NCBI GenBank assembly: GCA_965228875.1
Contig: OZ245843.1
Location: 1,036,616-1,100,615, forward strand
Length of the DNA: 64,000 bases
Reading direction: 5' to 3'
Source: Thalassobaculaceae bacterium
GTDB lineage: Bacteria > Pseudomonadota > Alphaproteobacteria > Thalassobaculales > Thalassobaculaceae
Made by a program: the position numbers and the translations under genes. This document shows positions 1 to 8,381 of the stretch, piece by piece. Each line of letters opens with the position of its first letter. Within the stretch, counting starts at the first letter, position 1. The notes beneath the pieces were generated by a model. The model did not search any database, was not told where the DNA came from, and saw only the letters and a list, made by a program, of their open reading frames with translations.

Positions 1-1426
1 GATCGCCGTAGGCGACGTTGTGGTCGATGCTCGCGGTGAACAGGAACGGCTCCTGCTGGACGATGGCCACGGCCTGGCGCAGGGAGGCGAGGGTGACGTC
101 GCGGATGTCCTGGCCGTCGATGGTGATGCGCCCGGCGGTCACGTCGTAGTACCGGCCGAGAAGCTGGGCGATCGTGGTCTTGCCGGAACCGGGCGGGCCG
201 ACGATCCCGATCATTCTCCCGGGCCGCGCCTCCAGGTCGATGCCGGCGAGCGTGCGGTCGTCCTTGGCCCAGGTGGGGTAGCGGAAATCGACGCCCTCGA
301 ACCTCACCACGCCCTCGGTGATCTCCAGGTCGGCGGCGTCCGGCCGGTCGGCGATCGATGGCTGCAGGTCGATGACGTTGAACAGCCGCCCGCCGCAGGT
401 CGAGGCGCGGGCGATGGAATTGATCATCCAGCCGATCTGGCGCACCGGCATCTGCAGGATCAGCATGAAGGTCAGCGCCTCGGTCAGCTGACCCAGCGTG
501 ATCTCGCCGGCCGCCACCTTGGCGCCGCCGACCCACAGCGTCAGCCCCATCGCCAGGAAGTAGACGAAGGTCATCTGCGTGGTCGACAGCACGAACAGCC
601 GGACCCGCCGGCTGGCGATCGCGAGGCCCTCGGCCGAGAACCTGTCGTAGCGCGACAATTCGAAGGCCTGGGCGGCGAAGGCCCGGACCACGCGGATCCC
701 GCCGAGGTTCTCCTCCATGACCTTGGTCAGCTCGGACATCTTGTCCTGCAGCGCGATCCAGGTGTCGCGCAGCTTCAGGCGGGCCAGCGAGGCGCGGACG
801 CCGACGATCGGCACGAAGCTCAACGCGACGCAGGCCAGCACCGGGTCGTTGCGGAACAGGATCACCGCGCCGCCGCCGATCAGGACGGTGAGCAGCACGC
901 TGCGCAGGATGCCGGTATCGACCCACAGCCGCACGCCCTCGATGTCGAGGATGCCGCGCGTCATCAGGTCGCCGGTATGGACCCGGTCGTGCCAGGACAG
1001 GCTGAGCCGCTGGAGCTGTCGGTAGTAGTCGAGCCGCAGGCGGTAGCCGATCAGCTGGCCGACCGCCTCGCCCTGGTAGTTGTGCAGCATGGTGAAGATG
1101 CCGCGCAGGGTGGCGGCGGCGAGCAGCATCAGGGCGGTGGTGAGCAGCGCCGACTCCGCCGCCGTGTGGTCGGAGACCCCGGCCGCGGCGTCGCGCAGAA
1201 GGCCCTGGGCCTGGTCGACGGCCCGGCCGAGATACTGCGGCACCATGAGCTGGAACAGGCCGCCGAGGACGGTGGCGACCACGGCAACGGCCATGCGGGC
1301 ACGATGGCGGAACGCCATCGCCGTGATGCGCAGAAGCACGCCGGTATCGACCTTGGAGACGTCAATCCGGTAGTCGCCGTCGACCTGGTTGTCGAGGCGT
1401 TTCGCAGGGTCGGGCGCGGAGGCCAT
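1..1426 (-). CDS. ABC exporter, fused permease/ATP-binding protein (MdlA/MsbA-like), 3' end outside window
   Basis: Manual translation from ATG at 1426 (MASAPDPAKRLDNQ...) gives hydrophobic helices, then Walker A GIVGPPGSGKTT and AIVQQEPFLF; frame stays open to the window edge. Confidence 0.9.
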   Translation of the reverse strand, partial: MASAPDPAKRLDNQVDGDYRIDVSKVDTGVLLRITAMAFRHRARMAVAVVATVLGGLFQLMVPQYLGRAVDQAQGLLRDAAAGVSDHTAAESALLTTALMLLAAATLRGIFTMLHNYQGEAVGQLIGYRLRLDYYRQLQRLSLSWHDRVHTGDLMTRGILDIEGVRLWVDTGILRSVLLTVLIGGGAVILFRNDPVLACVALSFVPIVGVRASLARLKLRDTWIALQDKMSELTKVMEENLGGIRVVRAFAAQAFELSRYDRFSAEGLAIASRRVRLFVLSTTQMTFVYFLAMGLTLWVGGAKVAAGEITLGQLTEALTFMLILQMPVRQIGWMINSIARASTCGGRLFNVIDLQPSIADRPDAADLEITEGVVRFEGVDFRYPTWAKDDRTLAGIDLEARPGRMIGIVGPPGSGKTTIAQLLGRYYDVTAGRITIDGQDIRDVTLASLRQAVAIVQQEPFLFTASIDHNVAYGD

Positions 1427-1581
1427 GAGATGATCCGTCGGGGGGAACGGGGCCGCGGACTATGCCAGATCCCGGCGCGGAAGGCGAGGGGCGTGCAGGG
1501 TAGGCGATACGCAGCATCCACCGGCCGGCGCCTTGTCGGCGGCCGCCTGCGGGCTCCCGCGGTGGTCCGGGACGGTCGGTG

Positions 1582-2604
1582 TCAGTAGACCAACTGGTCC
1601 TCGCCGCTGGAGCCGCCGAGTACGATCTCGCCGCGGTCGGCCAGGTCCTTGGCCGACTGCACCATCGCCGTCTGGCTGTCCTCGACGTCCTTGAGGCGGA
1701 TCGGACCGAGCGCCTGCATGTCCTCGCGCATCAGCTTGGCGGCGCGCTCCGACATGTTGGCGAAGAACAGGTCGCGCAGTTCCTCCGAGGCTCCCTTGAG
1801 GGCGATCGTCAGCTTGTCCTTGTCGACGGCGCGCAGAAGGGTCTGCACCCCGGCCGGATCCAGGCGGTTTAGGTCCTCGAAGGTGAACATCAGCGAGCGG
1901 ATCTTCTCCGCGCTGTCCTTGTTGCGTTCCTCAAGGGCCGACAGGAAACGGCTCTCGGTGGCGCGGTCGAGACTGTTGAAGATCTCGGCCATCATCTCGT
2001 GGCTGTCGCGCCGACTGGTGCGCGCCAGGTTGGACATGAACTCGGTGCGCAGCACCCGTTCGACGTCCTTCTCGATCTCCTTGTTGACCGCCTCCATGCG
2101 CAGCATGCGCATGACGACTTCCATGGCGAAGTTCTCCGGCAGGGTGGCGAGCACCTTGGCGGCGTGGCCCTGCTGGATCTTGCCGAGGATGACGGCGACG
2201 GTCTGCGGATACTCGTTCTTGAGGTAGTTCGCCAGGACCTGCTCGCTGACGTTCGCCAGCTTGTCCCACATCGTGCGACCCGCGGGACCGCGGATCTCCT
2301 CCATGATGTCCTCGACCCGGTCCTCGCCCAGGACCTTGGCCAGGAGGCGCTGGGTCGAATCCATGGAGCCGACCAGCGAGCCGGTGGAGGACACCTGCTC
2401 GGCGAACTCGACGAACAGCCGCTCGACGATGTTGGAGGACACCATGCCGAGGCCGGCCATCACCTGGGAGATCTCCTTGATCTCCTCGTCGTCCATCTGG
2501 CCGAACAGCGCCGCTGCCTGCTGCTCGCCGAGCGACATCAGCAGGATGGCGGCCTTCTCCGGCCCGGTGATGCTGCGGTAGTCCTCGCGGGTGCGCGTCC
2601 CCAT
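1582..2604 (-). CDS. fliG: Flagellar motor switch protein FliG
   Basis: [33 protein letters not shown] and [23 protein letters not shown] motifs; GGAGAGGA RBS upstream of ATG 2604. Confidence 0.96.
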   Translation of the reverse strand: MGTRTREDYRSITGPEKAAILLMSLGEQQAAALFGQMDDEEIKEISQVMAGLGMVSSNIVERLFVEFAEQVSSTGSLVGSMDSTQRLLAKVLGEDRVEDIMEEIRGPAGRTMWDKLANVSEQVLANYLKNEYPQTVAVILGKIQQGHAAKVLATLPENFAMEVVMRMLRMEAVNKEIEKDVERVLRTEFMSNLARTSRRDSHEMMAEIFNSLDRATESRFLSALEERNKDSAEKIRSLMFTFEDLNRLDPAGVQTLLRAVDKDKLTIALKGASEELRDLFFANMSERAAKLMREDMQALGPIRLKDVEDSQTAMVQSAKDLADRGEIVLGGSSGEDQLVY

Positions 2605-2678
2605 GGCGTCCTCTCCATCAGCGGAGTCGCCGGCCACTCTCCCCAACGGCGGACGACCCTCTACGCGTCGAAACTAGG

Positions 2679-2702
2679 CGAATCGCGTTACTGAATCGTA
2701 AC
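2679..2702 (-). promoter_or_regulatory. Putative CtrA-type / class II flagellar promoter element upstream of fliG
   Basis: Minus strand GTTA-CGATTCA-GTAAC resembles TTAA-N7-TTAAC and is itself a GTTAC-N6-GTAAC palindrome; 18/24 identical to the element at 35412-35435. Confidence 0.45.
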
Positions 2703-2764
2703 GAAGAACGCCGGGAATATCGAGAATTTCTTTGAAACCCGCCACTTCTCGGCGCCCCGGCGTG

Positions 2765-3283
2765 TCAGATCTTGCGGTCGCGGGGGTTGTAGAAGCGTGG
2801 CATCGAGGGAGGCGCCTTGGTCGGGGGCAGGGGTGGGGGAACGATCTCCACGTTCAGGTCGCCCAGTTCACTCTGGCGTCGGTTCTCGAACGGGTTGCGC
2901 AGGATGAGCTTGCTCTGCTTGCGCATGGCGGTGTCGATGTCCTCCTCCAACCGTTCGGCCGTCCGGATATCCCAGGGGAACTTGTAGTAGCGCGGCTCCA
3001 GTTCGCCGTTGAGGCGCAGCCACATGTAGATCGCCTCGCCCTCGGCCAGACTGACGGCCAGGACCTCGGCGGCGTCGACGTCGCGTTGCAGCCACTCCAT
3101 GGACTGCGGTTTCGGCCGGCTGAGGAACTCGACGAACTGGACGTAGCTGACCGGCAGCAACAGGGTGACGGCGACGACGGCGGCAATCCGGACCCAGGGC
3201 AGGCGGGGCGCCCAGATCGCCAGACTGGCGAGGACCGCGGCGATCGCCGTGGTGACCGCGAAGACGTAGATCATGTTGTCCAT
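2765..3283 (-). CDS. Hypothetical membrane protein (2 N-terminal TM helices, soluble domain, Pro-rich C-terminus); third gene of MotA/TolQ-like operon
   Basis: 172 aa ORF with GGAGGGA RBS, 17 bp after the upstream gene. Confidence 0.8.
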   Translation of the reverse strand: MDNMIYVFAVTTAIAAVLASLAIWAPRLPWVRIAAVVAVTLLLPVSYVQFVEFLSRPKPQSMEWLQRDVDAAEVLAVSLAEGEAIYMWLRLNGELEPRYYKFPWDIRTAERLEEDIDTAMRKQSKLILRNPFENRRQSELGDLNVEIVPPPLPPTKAPPSMPRFYNPRDRKI

Positions 3284-3300
3284 CTGTCCCTCCTGCTCGC

Positions 3301-3900
3301 TCAGCGGCGGGTGATGAGCGGATAGCGCAGGGTGCTCACGCTGTCCTCGACCAGGTCGCCGTCGCCGGTCAGGCGGAACCGGAAGGCGGTCTCCTCCTGA
3401 TTGTGGCGATGCAGCTCGACCGTCGTCTCAAGAAGCTGCCGTGTCTCCTCCAGCGGGCGCTTGACGCTGACCACGACCTTGACCGGGACGACCTTTCCCT
3501 TGGGCGGCGGCCCGTACATGTGGACGTTGACCACGTACTCGCCGGCCGGAATGCCGCGGCTGTAGCTGACCTCGTAGTTCTCGTCGGTGGCATCGCCGAT
3601 CGAGCCCAGGTCGTCGCGCAGCAGGTTGAAGACCTCGCCGCCCTGGTTCCAGAACCCGACCGGACCCTCGCCCGGCGCCTTCACCCACAGGTCGACGTCG
3701 TTCGGCAGTTCCGAAGGCCAGTGCATCTCGACGATGACGTTGCCCGGCGCGTTGGTGTCCTGGGTCTGGCGCTGTTCCTTGCTGATATGCGGCAGGAGCA
3801 TGATGACCATGGCGACGAAGCCGATCAGGGCGAGCATGATGACGTCGCGGAACACCGTGTCCGTGCCGTCCTCCTCGAACTCGTCGAACGGATCGTGCAT
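3301..3900 (-). CDS. Single-TM MotB/ExbD/TolR-analogous protein with YfaP/DUF2135-like soluble domain
   Basis: TM segment FRDVIMLALIGFVAMVIMLL has an Asp at the MotB/ExbD position; DVDLWV..P, LLRDD, ENYE and GEYVVNVHMY motifs. Confidence 0.75.
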   Translation of the reverse strand: MHDPFDEFEEDGTDTVFRDVIMLALIGFVAMVIMLLPHISKEQRQTQDTNAPGNVIVEMHWPSELPNDVDLWVKAPGEGPVGFWNQGGEVFNLLRDDLGSIGDATDENYEVSYSRGIPAGEYVVNVHMYGPPPKGKVVPVKVVVSVKRPLEETRQLLETTVELHRHNQEETAFRFRLTGDGDLVEDSVSTLRYPLITRR

Positions 3901-3909
3901 CGCCCGGTC

Positions 3910-4521
3910 CTAGCCGCCTCCGTCGCCGAGTTCCATGGTCGCGGTCAGCAGGTCGACCGTGCCGCCGGCCAGCAGTCGATAGTCGACGATCAGCCAGACG
4001 TAGAGCACCGCGCCGACCAGGGTTGTGTTGAGGGCGACCGACATGCCGGAGATCAGGGTGGCGACCATGTCCGCCACGTTGTCGGCGTCGGCCGCCCGGC
4101 TCGGGTCGACGCCGGAGAGCGCGATGATGAAGCCGATCACCGTTCCGATCAGGCCGAGGAACACAAGCGAGTTGGCGAGGTGGCGCACGACCGCGATCCG
4201 CCGTCCGAGGCGCAGGCGCAGCACCCCGCGCAGGCTCTCCCGGTCATGGGTGAAGCGGGCTCGTTCGAGGTATCCCGCGGCGGGCGATCCCTCGCGCGGG
4301 CTGCCGCGGTGCACGGCGTCGAGCTCGGCGCTGACCCGGAGCACGGCCGACAGACAGGCGGCCAGGCCGTAGGCGAAGACGGCGACGATGATGAGGCTGA
4401 GTTCGATCAGGTCGCCGTCGATCACAGCGTCGAGCCAGCCCTGAAAGTAGATCCCGGCGAGCAGGGCGGCGGCCACGACATTGACCAGCACGAAGCGGAC
4501 AATCAGCAGGTATCGGAACAT
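3910..4521 (-). CDS. MotA/TolQ/ExbB proton-channel family protein
   Basis: LGLIGTVIGFIIAL and GMSVALNTTLVG channel motifs; four hydrophobic segments. Confidence 0.9.
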   Translation of the reverse strand: MFRYLLIVRFVLVNVVAAALLAGIYFQGWLDAVIDGDLIELSLIIVAVFAYGLAACLSAVLRVSAELDAVHRGSPREGSPAAGYLERARFTHDRESLRGVLRLRLGRRIAVVRHLANSLVFLGLIGTVIGFIIALSGVDPSRAADADNVADMVATLISGMSVALNTTLVGAVLYVWLIVDYRLLAGGTVDLLTATMELGDGGG

Positions 4522-4602
4522 CGCACCCGTCTCGATTGGACCAAGTCGCCCATCAGACCCGTTCGCCGGGAGGTGTACAAGGGTCGCGAGAAGGCGCGTC
4601 GT

Positions 4603-5511
4603 TCACGTTATCTCGAACGGGTCCGCTCCCGGTGCCAGAAACGGTTCCAACGCCGCCACCACGCCGTCCGGATCCTCCTCGGCCAGATAATGGCCGGTCG
4701 GGACCGTTCCGCATGTCAGTGGACCGTCGCAATACCGCCGCCAGATTTCCGCCGGATCGTACCACTGTCCGATCTTACCCTTCGTTCCCCAAAGGGCCAG
4801 CAGCGGGCATCGGATGCGTTCGTCAGCCGCCCGGCTCGCGCGGTCGTGCTCCAGGTCGATGGTGGCGGCGGCCCGGTAATCCTCGCACATGCCCCGGATC
4901 ATCGCGGGGTCGCGGGCCGCGGCGAGGTAGTCGGCTAGGGCATCGGGATGGAAGAAGCCGTCATCCTTCGGCTCGCGGTTGGTATGGGCGCGGAACCAGG
5001 TCTCCGGCGCAGCGGCGATGACACTCTCCGGGAAGGGATGGGGCTGGGCGAACCAGAACCAGTGATAGTAGCCGAGCGCGAAGGCCATATCGGTGCGTTC
5101 GAAGTGCTCGACCGTCGGGACGATGTCGAGCACGGCCAGCTTTTCGACCCGCTCGGGGTGGTCGAGGGCGAGGCGGTGCGCCACCCGGGCGCCCCGGTCG
5201 TGTCCGACCAGCAGAAACCGCTCGTGCCCCAGGGCGGCCATCAGGTCGACCACATCGCGGGCCATCGACCGTTTGGCGTAGGGCGCGTGATCGTCGGTCG
5301 CCGGCGGCTTGAAGGATCCCCCGTAGCCGCGCAGGTCGGGGCAGACCACCGTGTACCGCTCCGCCAGCCTCGGAGCGACGGCGTGCCACATCAGGTGGGT
5401 CTGCGGATTGCCGTGCAGCATGACCAGCGGTGGCCCGCCGCCGCCGTGGCGCAGACGTATGCCGCCGTCTTTCACGTCGATCGTGGTCAGCTCGAAGCCG
5501 TCGAAGAGCAT
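4603..5511 (-). CDS. Alpha/beta hydrolase, haloacetate (fluoroacetate) dehalogenase-like
   Basis: LHGNPQTH, GHDRGAR, LDIVP, YHWF, CEDYRA and GHYLAEE motifs; GGAGG RBS upstream of ATG 5511. Confidence 0.85.
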   Translation of the reverse strand: MLFDGFELTTIDVKDGGIRLRHGGGGPPLVMLHGNPQTHLMWHAVAPRLAERYTVVCPDLRGYGGSFKPPATDDHAPYAKRSMARDVVDLMAALGHERFLLVGHDRGARVAHRLALDHPERVEKLAVLDIVPTVEHFERTDMAFALGYYHWFWFAQPHPFPESVIAAAPETWFRAHTNREPKDDGFFHPDALADYLAAARDPAMIRGMCEDYRAAATIDLEHDRASRAADERIRCPLLALWGTKGKIGQWYDPAEIWRRYCDGPLTCGTVPTGHYLAEEDPDGVVAALEPFLAPGADPFEIT

Positions 5512-5661
5512 CGGATTTCGCCTCCAGAGGGTCGGGCGATTGATAGCAGGTCTCCGGCTGGCTGGGCGTACTTTCAAAAGCGCCGGCTTGCTTTTATTGG
5601 GGGCCAGCGGGTAAGCGATGGGCAGACTGCCCGTTCGGGCATTCGGCGAGCTGTCAGGTGA

Positions 5662-6558
5662 ATGATGCGTGTCCTGCTGACGGGCGGCACCGGCTACATC
5701 GGCTCGGCTGTCGCGCGCGACCTGCTGGGCGCCGGGCACGAGGTGCTCGCCCTGGCGCGCAGCAGGTCGTCGGAAGACAAGGTGGCCGGTCTCGGATGTC
5801 GGCCGGTGGGTGGCGAGATGACCGACGCGGCCAGCTGGTTGCCCGGGATCGGCGACATCGACGGCGTCGTTCATCTGGCGGCGACGTTCGGCCCCGATAT
5901 GGCGGCGGCGGAGGCGGCTTTCCTGGACGCGCTGATCGTCTGGCGCCGGACGCGGAGCGACCGACTGCCGCTGGTCTATACCGGCGGATGCTGGCTGTAC
6001 GGCGCGGTCGGGGATGCGACGGCCGTCGAAGGAACGCCGTTCGATCCATTGCCCGCATTCGCGTTCATGGTCCAACACCGCGCCCGGCTGCTCGCCGAGC
6101 CGTCGCTGTCCACCCGGGTGGTGCATCCGGCCATGGTCTGGGATGCGGACGGCGGAACGCTCGCCCCCTTCGTCGCTGCCGCGGTGGAGGGAAGGCCTCC
6201 GGTTTTGACCGGATCGCGCGACACCCGTTGGACGATGGTGCATCGCGACGATCTCGCCCGTCTGTTCCGGCTGGCGCTCGAACGTGGCGAGGACGGGACG
6301 GACTATCATGGCGTCGGCGAGCCCGGCGTCGTGATCGCGGAGGTCGCGGACGCGATCGCCGCGCGGTACCAGGCCCCGGCTCCTGTCGTGCGTACGGTCT
6401 CCGATGCCGTCGCGGAACTGGGCGGCTGGGCGGCCGGGCTGGCCCTGGACCAGACCATGGACGCCCCGCGTACCCGGCGCTCGCTCGGCTGGCTGCCGCT
6501 GGCGCCGGGTGCGGTCGCGGCTCAGGCCGCAGCATCGGGAAGACCGCGCGATGTCTGA
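5662..6558 (+). CDS. NAD-dependent epimerase/dehydratase (atypical SDR)
   Basis: TGGTGYIG Rossmann motif, VVHLAA, VHRDDLA. Confidence 0.85.
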   Translation: MMRVLLTGGTGYIGSAVARDLLGAGHEVLALARSRSSEDKVAGLGCRPVGGEMTDAASWLPGIGDIDGVVHLAATFGPDMAAAEAAFLDALIVWRRTRSDRLPLVYTGGCWLYGAVGDATAVEGTPFDPLPAFAFMVQHRARLLAEPSLSTRVVHPAMVWDADGGTLAPFVAAAVEGRPPVLTGSRDTRWTMVHRDDLARLFRLALERGEDGTDYHGVGEPGVVIAEVADAIAARYQAPAPVVRTVSDAVAELGGWAAGLALDQTMDAPRTRRSLGWLPLAPGAVAAQAAASGRPRDV

Positions 6559-7492
6559 CGCCACCGTCACCCGCGCCGAAGCGCTGAAGGGCCATGCGGC
6601 GATGTTGCTCTTCGCCTCGCTGATCAGCGGATCCTTCACCCTCGGTCATCTGACGGCGCCGCATGTCGATCCGGGCGCTCTGACGTCCCTGCGGTTCCTG
6701 CTTGCCGCGGCGGTCATGGCCGGGGCGATCCTGGCCGGCCGGAAAGGGGAGCGACGGCTTTCGGTCCGCGCGCCATGGCGGTTCCTGGTCCTGGGCATCC
6801 TGCTTGGCGCGTACTTCGTGCTGATGTTCGAGGCTCTGCGCCTGACGGACCCGGTGAGCCTCGCCGCGGTGTTCACCATGACGCCGCTGATGACCGCTCT
6901 GTTCGCCTTCGTCCTGCTGCGGCAACCGGTGGGACCCCTGGTCGCCGCCAGCCTGTTGCTCGCCGCGTCCGGCGCACTCTGGGTGATCTTCCGTGGTGAC
7001 ATGGCCGCGCTGCTGGCCTTCGACGTCGGCCGCGGCGAGCTGATCTTCCTGGTCGCCTGCGCCTGTCACGCCCTCTACATCCCGCTGATCACCCTGCTGA
7101 ACCGGGGGGAAAGCGGTAAGCTGTTCACCCTGTGGACGGTGCTCGGAGGTTTCGTCGCGGTCACCGTATACGCGTTGCCGGCGATCCTGCGCACCAACTG
7201 GACCGGGCTGCCCGCGATCGTTTGGGTCACGCTGGTCTACGTCTCGGTCTTCGCGTCGGCGGTGACCTTCTTCCTGATGCGGTATGGCGCATTGCGGCTG
7301 CCGGCGGCGAAGGTGATGGCCTACGGTTACCTGATCCCGAGTATCGTCATCCTGCTGGAGGGACTGAGCGGCCATGGCTGGGTCGCGCCGCCGGTGCTGT
7401 TCGGCGTGGCGGCCACGGTGCTGGCGCTGGTCGTCCTGGTGGTGAACCGGGACAGCCGCAAGCCCGGTTCAGGCGGTTCCCGAACGCCTTGA
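6551..7492 (+). CDS. DMT/EamA family transporter
   Basis: About 10 hydrophobic helices, LRFLLA and YGYLIP motifs; start overlaps the upstream gene end. Confidence 0.85.
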   Translation: MSDATVTRAEALKGHAAMLLFASLISGSFTLGHLTAPHVDPGALTSLRFLLAAAVMAGAILAGRKGERRLSVRAPWRFLVLGILLGAYFVLMFEALRLTDPVSLAAVFTMTPLMTALFAFVLLRQPVGPLVAASLLLAASGALWVIFRGDMAALLAFDVGRGELIFLVACACHALYIPLITLLNRGESGKLFTLWTVLGGFVAVTVYALPAILRTNWTGLPAIVWVTLVYVSVFASAVTFFLMRYGALRLPAAKVMAYGYLIPSIVILLEGLSGHGWVAPPVLFGVAATVLALVVLVVNRDSRKPGSGGSRTP

Positions 7493-7516
7493 AGCCGGAC
7501 GCGTACCGTGCGCCGT

Positions 7517-8152
7517 TCACTCCGCCGGTCGCAGACCGCGGAGGATCACGTCCTCCATGAAGCGCTCGGCGCCGGCGAAGCGGTCGCTCTCGGTCACCCG
7601 CTCGCCGAGGACGGCGCGGACCTGCACGTCGAAATCTGCGTAGTGCTGGGTCATGGCCCAGATCGCGAAGATCAGGTGGTAGGGGTCGTGCATGACAAGC
7701 TTGCCGTCGGCGATCCACTGGCGGATCACCGCGACCTTCTCCTCCACCATGTCCCTGAGCTCGCCCTCGAGCACGTCCCGGATCAGCGGCGCGCCCGCAA
7801 GGACCTCGCCGGCGAACAGGCGCGACTCGCGGGGGCGAGCCCGCGACATCTCCAGTTTGCGGTCGATATAACCGCGGATCTCGTCCAGCGGCTCGCCGGC
7901 CGGGTCCAGCGCGATCAGCGGCTCGAGCCAGGTCTCGAGCGTGCGGCCGAGCACCGCCCGGTAGATCTCCTCCTTGCTGGAGAAGTAGTAGATCATGTTC
8001 GGCTTCGACATTCCGGCCCCGGCGGCGATCTCGTCGAGCGTCGTGCCGGCGAACCCGTTCTGGGAGAACGCCTCCAGGGCGGCGGAGAGAATTCTTCCCT
8101 CCTTCTCGACCTGGGCGGGAGTCCGGCGGCGGGTTTCGGTAGCGCGGGCCAT
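7517..8152 (-). CDS. rutR: TetR family regulator, RutR/PydR-like
   Basis: N-terminal HTH (FSQNGFAGTTLDEIA..GMSKPNMIYYF), C-terminal IWAMTQHYADF; divergent from pyrimidine catabolic genes. Confidence 0.88.
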   Translation of the reverse strand: MARATETRRRTPAQVEKEGRILSAALEAFSQNGFAGTTLDEIAAGAGMSKPNMIYYFSSKEEIYRAVLGRTLETWLEPLIALDPAGEPLDEIRGYIDRKLEMSRARPRESRLFAGEVLAGAPLIRDVLEGELRDMVEEKVAVIRQWIADGKLVMHDPYHLIFAIWAMTQHYADFDVQVRAVLGERVTESDRFAGAERFMEDVILRGLRPAE

Positions 8153-8231
8153 GGGACTCCAGGGGATGCGGATTCACTGTATGCGCATGATTTTGCACAA
8201 AAAACCGGCAGGCATAGCTCAAACTATACCC

Positions 8232-8259
8232 TTGACCGGCCGGGGAGGCCTGATAGCCT
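8232..8259 (+). promoter_or_regulatory. Putative sigma-70 promoter of the pyrimidine operon
   Basis: TTGACC (8232-8237), 16 nt spacer, TAGCCT (8254-8259) preceded by an extended -10 TG. Confidence 0.5.
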
Positions 8260-8264
8260 AGTTT

Positions 8265-8280
8265 TTGACCATTTGGTCAA
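8265..8280. promoter_or_regulatory. RutR operator
   Basis: TTGACCATTTGGTCAA matches the RutR consensus TTGACCAnnTGGTCAA exactly and lies between rutR and its divergent operon. Confidence 0.9.
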
Positions 8281-8381
8281 GGTCACTTCGATTACAGGCG
8301 GAAGTCGCGCGACCCGCAACCCCTCACGCTGACACGGTCTGAGGTGGGCGGCGGCCTCCCGGCGGCGAGAGGGAGTGCAGT

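Noticed and set aside
20..1588. 522 aa plus-strand ORF and many other long ORFs antisense to real genes (such as 44266-46353 and 47970-49973)
   Set aside because: Shadow ORFs typical of high-GC DNA; the opposite strand carries clear family motifs
2765..4521. Zorya anti-phage system or canonical motAB/exbBD/tolQR
   Set aside because: No long ZorA tail, no OmpA-like domain in subunit B, and no zorC/D/E, tonB or tolAB adjacent
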